DNA of 50,083 bases. Source: an uncultured Clostridia bacterium (GTDB lineage: Bacteria; Bacillota; Clostridia; TANB77; CAG-508). Of this stretch, positions 31,918 to 38,941 are shown in pieces. The DNA lies in assembly GCA_944392505.1 (NCBI GenBank), contig CALXWU010000001.1, positions 1-50,083 of the forward strand. Reading direction: 5' to 3'. Under the pieces are notes generated by a model. That model saw only the letters and a list, made by a program, of their open reading frames with translations. It made no database searches and had not been told where the DNA came from. The first letter of the stretch is position 1; each line of letters opens with the position of its first letter. The position numbers and the translations under genes are program-made.

Positions 31918-34900
31918 TTAAACTTTTTTATTTAAAACATGTTTTTTTATCTCGAATATTCCGAAGCCTAATAGTGCAATTACTACTAATGCAATTGATG
32001 TGTACGTTATTATTCTACCAGTTACAATTCCAACAACTAAATCCGCTGTTGACATATCATCTTCTGCACTTGCTCCGTTTCCTGCAACTGAGTCAATGTC
32101 TTGTAAACCTTGTTCATTATAGTATTCGTATATTTCTGCACTATTACCTATTGTACCTAATATATCTTCTGTTATTTGTATACTAACTATTAATCTTACT
32201 GTTTTAGACTCACCCGGATTAATTACTTCGTTTTCTAAACTTGCATTATAAATATTTCCATTATCTGATAGATACCAATCTGTATTTAACTCTGTATTAA
32301 AGCTTACTTCTCTTGGTAAGTAATCAACTATTTTCTTTACATATCCAGGTACAGAACCTTCATTTGTTACTACTATGTTGTACTCAATAACGGCACTACT
32401 CTGACCTACGTTTCTACCTAAAACTTCAACCCTTGCGACACTTAAGTTGTTATGTTCTTGTACAATAGTTCCTATCGTTGGAGTTGTAAGTGTTATTTTA
32501 TTTATATATTTATCTAATCTTAAATCAAATTTATTAGCTGCATAAAGTCCTATATCTATATCTCTTACGTTATCACCATCAATTGTTAATATGTCTGTAA
32601 TACCTGCTATTCTTCTTTCTCCGTTAAATGTTATATTAATATCAATAGCATCAGAGTTAAACGCTTCATTTACACCTTCTGCTTGATATGTGGTTAAGCT
32701 ATAATTTGATGAATCATATATAAATACCACTAAATATTCCCCATTAGGTAAATTATCGAATTGATAAGTTCCATTACTTGATGTTGTTGTTATTTTTTCT
32801 TCATTTGTATCTAAATCTCTAACTATTGAATTTCCCTCTTTATTTAGTAAAACAACTTGTATGTTTGATAAAGTTTGTTCCTCTGTAGTTCTTGTTCCGT
32901 CCATATTTGCGTCTATCCATGCAGTACCTGTTATTTTATATCTATTAATTGTTGGATCTGTGGTTTCTCCCCCTGGATTATGTATCTCAGGATTATATTC
33001 AATAATATTCGTTGCAGTATTTGTTTCAACAGTTTCAAAGTTATTAGCTGCTACAGAAAATTTCATGCTAACTTCCTTGTCATTTTCATCTGGTAATGCT
33101 TTAGCTTTGGTCATTACTTTTATATCAATGCTTTCTCCAATTTCCAATTGATTTATAGCCATTTCAATTCTATCACCTTTAAGAGTTGAAACTGCTTGTT
33201 CTTCTCCAGCATACATATAAGTAGCCTTTTCAAAATCCAATTCTGAAGGTAGCACTCCAGATATCTTTATTCCAGATATGATAGAAGCACCAACATTAGA
33301 TATTTTAATGTTATATGTAATAATTTCTCCTTCTTTAACATATCTTGGTGTAGAGGTCAACTCTGAAATTTCCAATTTTATTGGCTTTGCTGCATATTCT
33401 GAAATGTTTGAATAGTGTTCTTCTGTACCATCTGCTCTTGCTGTAGCTATCATAGAGATTTGTCCGTCAAATTGTAAAACTTCTAGTTGTAGTTTAATAA
33501 ATTTAGTTATACTTAATGTTCCTACATTTATTTGAACAGTATTTGATTCTTGATTATATGTAATCCCTTCACTTGTTTCTTCTTCATCAGACCATTTATC
33601 TTTAATAATACCATTATTAAATTTTATGCCTTCTGGTAATGCCATTGTTACCACCGTGTTTGCTAAATCTCCTTCAGCTGAAATATTTTTTAGATTTATT
33701 ATATATTCCATCGTCTGACCATTATGAAGAGTAGCATCTTCTGGTATGTCACTTACTAAATTTATTGCAATTTTTCCGTCTAAAAGATTTATTACACATT
33801 CATTAGAAGGAATCTCTCCTGTAATGCCATCTGTAGCTACGAAAGCCTTATTTGTAATTGTTTTTGGGAATCTATTTGCATTTATAATGTCATCAATTTG
33901 TATTTCTTCCCCTTCATTTCCTTCAACTTCTACTATTGTAATCGTAGGTATGTATTCATCAAATTTTATATAATATGAAGCTAATGCACTTTCTCCTACA
34001 TCAATATCCCCTATATCTATTGACATGGTTTCGTCTGATAGCTCGTAGAATCCATTTGAGATGGTATATTCAACAAATGTAGCAAATTCAGGTACTGGCA
34101 CATTAACTCTTACATTTTCTGCAACTGTCTCTCCAATATTATTTACAGTAACCTTCATCTTTACAATTTGACCTTCTCTTACCACATCTGCTGTTGATTG
34201 TAATTCTGCCTCTAGCTCAGGGCCTTTGCCTGTTGTTAATCCAATTATTGCAGAAGCTTTGCTTTCTCCTACTGCACCTATTTCTGAATTATTTGTATAA
34301 TATACTTTATACATACCAAATGCACTATTATTTGTACTTAAGTTTTCTGGTATTGCTAAATCATATGAAAATGCAATTCTTCCTCCTGCTGCTAATTTAT
34401 AGTCTGTATTGAATACTACCATGTATGATTTAGAAGTAGTTGTTGAAGTTTCACTCCATCCATTGCTAGAATCACTTAAGTCCTTGCTTGCATTTTGATT
34501 ATCAGAATAATATATTTTATAATTTGTTGCTTCAATTCCTGAAATTACTAAGCCTGAAGATAGTGGAATTGTAAAATTAGATCCCATATCTTTGTCAGAA
34601 TCTATTACTTTATTTTCTTGTGCTGGAATTCTTCCTAATATTACAATACTGTTTATATCATTTGGATAGTTATTAATTATTGTTCCGCTCATTGTTGCGG
34701 TTCTTGCATCAGAATATGTATCAATTTCAACAGTTTTTGGCTCATCAGATATTGATAAAATATCTGGCTCACCAGCTTTATAGTTGCTAATTCCAGTCGC
34801 TGTTGTTATTCCACTTGGTGCCACATAGTTTATAGTTTGCTCTATTGTTCCAGTTGCTTTTGTTGCGACATCATTTTCATTGGTATACCTCATAGTAATT

Positions 34901-36930
34901 TTAGCTGTACCACTTGGTGTTAACGTAGAAACTGTTATATCAGTATTTAATATAATTATTGCGCCTTTGTATTCTGCATCAATTGCATATTCTGTTTGAG
35001 TTCCTTCTAATTCTACATTTATAACTTGACGTCCACTTTCTTCTCCTACTGTAGCACTCTTTACTTTTAATCCATTGTCTAATACAAGATTTGTACTGTT
35101 TAATGTAACCTTTTCCACGTTTGCTGGGAAGGTTATTTTTAAAGTTGGATTTTTAAATAATGCATTATATACACTTGATGTATTAAGAATTGCTCTTATT
35201 TCTACATTTTCATTTTCAAGAACTGTTGTAAGGTCAGTCCTATTTATTTCTAATTCAACCTTTGTCTCTGGCTCTTTTAACAAGGTTTGTGTTGATGCTT
35301 CAAAAGTTGTTGTATTTGTTTTTCCTTGTAAACTTGCACTTAGTTTTACGAAATCTTTCATTTGATCTTTTGAGTATCCAATATTTCCTTTTAGAGCCTT
35401 TATAATATTAATTTCTATTTGTCCCTCTGTTATAGGGGCTGTGGTTATAATATCTAAACTGTTAGAATTCTCTGAACTAATATCCAATACATACATACCA
35501 TCTGTTAGTTGTGTGTCCTTGTTTATTTGTCCTAATTCTGTTCCACTAATGTCTTTTATTGTGATAACTCCATCTTCACCCAGCATTTTATTAAATAACT
35601 CTTGACTGATTTCTACCCTTTTATTGTATGCATAATTTGTGTCAGAAACATTTGTAGAGCCTTCTGAAGCTTCTTCAGTTAAGAATTTATCATAAGCTTG
35701 TATGAATTCTACTGTTGTCACTAAATTTGCAGCATTGATTGTTGCAGTATATTTTGAATAGTATTCAGTCTCTACTTTTGCATCTGTATCAAAATTAGAA
35801 TAGATATATCCTTTACTAATATCATCTGGTAATTCCACTTTAAAATCTGTTATAGCTCCAGCTTGTTCTTCATATTGAATTGGGGTAGTTAATGTAGTGG
35901 TTAATAATGTTTCTTCCCCATTATATACACTCATATTAGGTATTACTGTTATTGTACTATCAATTCCATTTGCATTTGCATAATTGTAAATTTCTTGTCC
36001 TTCAAAAATATAGTTTACTAAATACTCATCAGAAGCATTCTTCTTCCAAGAAACTTCTTCTACATTATTTGTTGTTTTTATAGAAAGTTTACCTGCTTCT
36101 GCATCATAACTATAATTACTGTTTGTAAAGTCTAATCCATTATCTTTTCCATTTGTTGCTGCTGTATAAGTTGCAAGTACAGTTACTGAAGTAGGTTTAA
36201 CATTGTTTATTGTTGGAACAGTTATTTCAATATTTGTATTTTTTATTGGAAGTATATTATCTTTAACTTTAGAATTTATCTTTGTCTGAAGTATTACACC
36301 ATAATTTCCATTGGTTGCATATGGTATAAACTTGGTGGCTTCTACTGTAGCTTCAACCTCAGCAGTATTTTTCCAAGAAATCTTATTTGTTACTTCTTTA
36401 GTAATTTCTCTTTCTCTTCCTTGTCCATCCATATATGTACCAGTAAACTTAGTTAGAGTCTCTTTATTGAAATAATCCTCTGATATACTTTCCTTTTCTA
36501 ATATCTCAATTGGAAGTTCAAATGTAACTGTCGTTCCATTTGTTATTCTGTTTAATAATATTCTATTATTTTCTCTATCTATACTCTGGATATTTGAATT
36601 CGTAACATCTTCAGATATTTTAAAGTTAGTATTTTGAAGTTCTATTATTCCATTTTCCAAATAGCCTGCATTATTTACCTTAATTTGAACATATAGTTTT
36701 GCATCACTATCTCCCACATCAAATGTTGCGATATGTGTTTCTCCCTCAAAATATGCATTAAATTCTACATTGTCATGATTTGTTTCAGATGTTTGTTCAT
36801 TTAGTTCTTCATCACTTAATGCCAATGCTATAGTATATTCTCCAAGAATAACAAGGTTAGCACTCACTAAAATTAGTACCAAAATTAATGCAATAGCTTT
36901 CTTTAATAGTTTACTCATAATAACCTCCAT
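31918..36930 (-). CDS. Giant surface protein (1670 aa) with DUF11-type repeats, one SdrD-B-like module and a C-terminal membrane anchor
   Basis: Signal/TM segment MSKLLKKAIALILVLILVSANLVILG. DUF11-like repeats include VREGQIVKMKVTVNNIGETVAENVRVNVPVPEFATF, LHNGQTMEYIINLKNIS..VVTMALPEGIKF and VKEGEIITYNIKISNVGASIISGIKISGVLPSELDF. The SdrD-B-like module is ITGTAWIDANMDG..NGTYQFDNLPNGEYLVVFIYD. The C-terminal helix is followed by KKHVLNKKV. Confidence 0.8.
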   Translation of the reverse strand: MEVIMSKLLKKAIALILVLILVSANLVILGEYTIALALSDEELNEQTSETNHDNVEFNAYFEGETHIATFDVGDSDAKLYVQIKVNNAGYLENGIIELQNTNFKISEDVTNSNIQSIDRENNRILLNRITNGTTVTFELPIEILEKESISEDYFNKETLTKFTGTYMDGQGREREITKEVTNKISWKNTAEVEATVEATKFIPYATNGNYGVILQTKINSKVKDNILPIKNTNIEITVPTINNVKPTSVTVLATYTAATNGKDNGLDFTNSNYSYDAEAGKLSIKTTNNVEEVSWKKNASDEYLVNYIFEGQEIYNYANANGIDSTITVIPNMSVYNGEETLLTTTLTTPIQYEEQAGAITDFKVELPDDISKGYIYSNFDTDAKVETEYYSKYTATINAANLVTTVEFIQAYDKFLTEEASEGSTNVSDTNYAYNKRVEISQELFNKMLGEDGVITIKDISGTELGQINKDTQLTDGMYVLDISSENSNSLDIITTAPITEGQIEINIIKALKGNIGYSKDQMKDFVKLSASLQGKTNTTTFEASTQTLLKEPETKVELEINRTDLTTVLENENVEIRAILNTSSVYNALFKNPTLKITFPANVEKVTLNSTNLVLDNGLKVKSATVGEESGRQVINVELEGTQTEYAIDAEYKGAIIILNTDITVSTLTPSGTAKITMRYTNENDVATKATGTIEQTINYVAPSGITTATGISNYKAGEPDILSISDEPKTVEIDTYSDARTATMSGTIINNYPNDINSIVILGRIPAQENKVIDSDKDMGSNFTIPLSSGLVISGIEATNYKIYYSDNQNASKDLSDSSNGWSETSTTTSKSYMVVFNTDYKLAAGGRIAFSYDLAIPENLSTNNSAFGMYKVYYTNNSEIGAVGESKASAIIGLTTGKGPELEAELQSTADVVREGQIVKMKVTVNNIGETVAENVRVNVPVPEFATFVEYTISNGFYELSDETMSIDIGDIDVGESALASYYIKFDEYIPTITIVEVEGNEGEEIQIDDIINANRFPKTITNKAFVATDGITGEIPSNECVINLLDGKIAINLVSDIPEDATLHNGQTMEYIINLKNISAEGDLANTVVTMALPEGIKFNNGIIKDKWSDEEETSEGITYNQESNTVQINVGTLSITKFIKLQLEVLQFDGQISMIATARADGTEEHYSNISEYAAKPIKLEISELTSTPRYVKEGEIITYNIKISNVGASIISGIKISGVLPSELDFEKATYMYAGEEQAVSTLKGDRIEMAINQLEIGESIDIKVMTKAKALPDENDKEVSMKFSVAANNFETVETNTATNIIEYNPEIHNPGGETTDPTINRYKITGTAWIDANMDGTRTTEEQTLSNIQVVLLNKEGNSIVRDLDTNEEKITTTSSNGTYQFDNLPNGEYLVVFIYDSSNYSLTTYQAEGVNEAFNSDAIDINITFNGERRIAGITDILTIDGDNVRDIDIGLYAANKFDLRLDKYINKITLTTPTIGTIVQEHNNLSVARVEVLGRNVGQSSAVIEYNIVVTNEGSVPGYVKKIVDYLPREVSFNTELNTDWYLSDNGNIYNASLENEVINPGESKTVRLIVSIQITEDILGTIGNSAEIYEYYNEQGLQDIDSVAGNGASAEDDMSTADLVVGIVTGRIITYTSIALVVIALLGFGIFEIKKHVLNKKV

Positions 36931-37269
36931 CTAAATTCAACATATACATATATTATACGACAATTTTGTTGTGTTTTCAAGCCTTTCCATGTTTTTCCTA
37001 AGCTTTTTATGTCTGTTTTCGATCTTACACATAATTTCGACAATATAATATATTATACGATACTATTTTAACATCTTTTTTTATCATTGCAACTTCCAAA
37101 TTTATTCTGTCTTTAGAGTTATACTATTTTTGTTTACGGAAGGTCAAAATAAAGAGAAATATTAAAATTATATTACATTTTCATTACAATTTTACAGAAG
37201 TAACTTTTTTTATTTTTTTGAATATTATATTATAGTTTTTTACATATATTATATTGAGGTGAATAATTT

Positions 37270-37425
37270 ATGAATAATAATAACAATATGAACATGGCTC
37301 AACTAATGGCAATGCTTTCAAAAATGGATAAAAAAGATTTAGAACAAGGTTTAAACAAAGTAAGCCAAATGCTGAAATCTAAAGATGCAGATGCAATTAT
37401 AGATGAGATTAAGAAAAATAAATAA
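37270..37425 (+). CDS. Small hypothetical protein (51 aa)
   Basis: Not in the ORF track. GAGGTGA RBS at 37254, then ATG at 37270. Translation: MNNNNNMNMAQLMAMLSKMDKKDLEQGLNKVSQMLKSKDADAIIDEIKKNK*. It is the first gene of a tight three-gene plus-strand cluster. Confidence 0.5.
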   Translation: MNNNNNMNMAQLMAMLSKMDKKDLEQGLNKVSQMLKSKDADAIIDEIKKNK

Positions 37426-37448
37426 ATTTTTAAAATGGAGGAATTTGT

Positions 37449-37835
37449 ATGAGTGAAGCAGATATGAGTAATTTAATGAATCAAATAAATTCCATGTTAC
37501 AAAATAACGAAATTCCGGATGATATAAAAAACATGATTAACAATTTTAAAAATTCCTCTAGTTCCCCTAAAAATGAAAAGGATGATAAAAACTCTGATAC
37601 TTCTGGCTCTTCTAGCCCAGAAATTGATATAAATACAATTTTGAAAATGAAGCAAATAATTGATTCAATGAATTCCAACAAAGATGACCCAAGAGCTAAT
37701 CTTTTAATGTCTTTAAAACCTTATTTAAAAGAAAGCAGAAAAAAGAAAGTAGATCAATATGTAAAGCTTTTTGGGCTAGGTAAAGCATTTGAAACGTTTA
37801 ACTTTCTAGGTGGTGAAAATAAAAATGATGTATAG
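37449..37835 (+). CDS. Hypothetical protein, low-complexity N-terminal half and conserved-looking C-terminal half (..DPRANLLMSLKPYLKESRKKKVDQYVKLFGL..)
   Basis: 128-aa ORF with a GGAGGA RBS at 37438-37443. I cannot assign a family name with confidence. Confidence 0.6.
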   Translation: MSEADMSNLMNQINSMLQNNEIPDDIKNMINNFKNSSSSPKNEKDDKNSDTSGSSSPEIDINTILKMKQIIDSMNSNKDDPRANLLMSLKPYLKESRKKKVDQYVKLFGLGKAFETFNFLGGENKNDV

Positions 37836-38205
37836 TTTGCCTTTTTATCCACATTTTCCACCTAGACGCTATAGCTATTATCCACATATTGTTAACACCA
37901 ATACAAGTGTCACTCCAAATATGAAAAAGAGTGGCAATTCAGGTAATAGCCATTATAATAATACTTATAAAAAAAATGTACCAAATCATTTTACTAATTA
38001 TTCAAAAAATACAAGTAACAAAAAAGCCAATAAACCTACGGAAACTAAAGTTTCTCCCGAAAAAGATGATACCATATTTGAAATTTTTGGTATCAAATTA
38101 CATTCTGATGATATACTTCTCATTTGTTTAATTTTCTTCTTATTTAAAGAAGGAGTACAAGACGAATATTTATTCATATCTTTAATTTTACTATTACTAT
38201 CTTAG
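37825..38205 (+). CDS. Hypothetical small membrane protein (Y/P/N-rich N-terminus, C-terminal hydrophobic helix)
   Basis: ATG at 37825 (or 37828), 9 nt after GGTGGTG. It overlaps the upstream stop. The C-terminal FEIFGIKLHSDDILLICLIFFLFKEGVQDEYLFISLILLLLS is hydrophobic. The ORF track starts it at a GTG at 37810. Confidence 0.55.
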   Translation: MMYSLPFYPHFPPRRYSYYPHIVNTNTSVTPNMKKSGNSGNSHYNNTYKKNVPNHFTNYSKNTSNKKANKPTETKVSPEKDDTIFEIFGIKLHSDDILLICLIFFLFKEGVQDEYLFISLILLLLS

Positions 38206-38214
38206 TTTGCTTTT

Positions 38215-38247
38215 GATGAGTTGATTTTACTCCAGAATCAACTCATC
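38215..38247. terminator. Bidirectional terminator hairpin shared by the plus-strand operon and minC
   Basis: 12-bp stem gatgagttgatt (38215-38226) / aatcaactcatc (38236-38247). The loop contains the minC stop codon. Confidence 0.7.
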
Positions 38248-38844
38248 TTTATCATTAATATACGCAGAGGTCTTTATTTTTTTTATTTCTTCATTATCTC
38301 TTTCAATTTCCTTTACTTTATCTGCAATTCTTATTTGTACCGCTTCTATTTCTGATGCTTCAATTATTGCATCTTTATTTCCTTTTGCTCCTGCATGTGC
38401 CAACCCTCTTAGTACTCCTAAAATCACAATATTCTCACCTGCTATTACTTCAGCTCCAGCATTTACGTCTCCAATAATTACTAAGCTTCCTTCGAATTCA
38501 ATTCTTTGTCCTGATCTTAAAGAACCTTTATGGAATTTTGTTTCTGAGGTTGCAACCTCTTTATAAAATGTTTTTTTGATTCCATGTAAGCCTAATACTT
38601 TAGGGCTATCAAATTCTACTTGGACATCAATGAATTTCTTTATGATAGCTTGTATCTCATCCATTTCCTTATTTTTTAAAACTTTTCCAGTGATTAATAT
38701 TGGTGTCTTATCTTCTTTATACAAATTTTTCAGTTCTATGATTTTTCTCCTTAGCTCAGATACAATCTCCTTTTGTTCAGCATTTTCTTCGATTTTGATT
38801 GCTACTTGATTTTTTTTGATACTAATACTTATACAACTGCTCAT
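38227..38844 (-). CDS. minC: Septum site-determining protein MinC
   Basis: 205 aa. The C-terminal beta-helix region is LRSGQRIEFEGSLVIIGDVNAGAEVIAGENIVILGVLRGLAHAGAKGN. It sits downstream of the mreBCD-PBP2 genes. Confidence 0.9.
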   Translation of the reverse strand: MSSCISISIKKNQVAIKIEENAEQKEIVSELRRKIIELKNLYKEDKTPILITGKVLKNKEMDEIQAIIKKFIDVQVEFDSPKVLGLHGIKKTFYKEVATSETKFHKGSLRSGQRIEFEGSLVIIGDVNAGAEVIAGENIVILGVLRGLAHAGAKGNKDAIIEASEIEAVQIRIADKVKEIERDNEEIKKIKTSAYINDKDELILE

Positions 38845-38941
38845 AAATATTCCAATCCTCTCTTAATATACTTTACAGCTACAAAGCAACACCATTTATA
38901 ATGTTCTTTATCTAACACTTTCTATGCTTGAACTTGCATTT

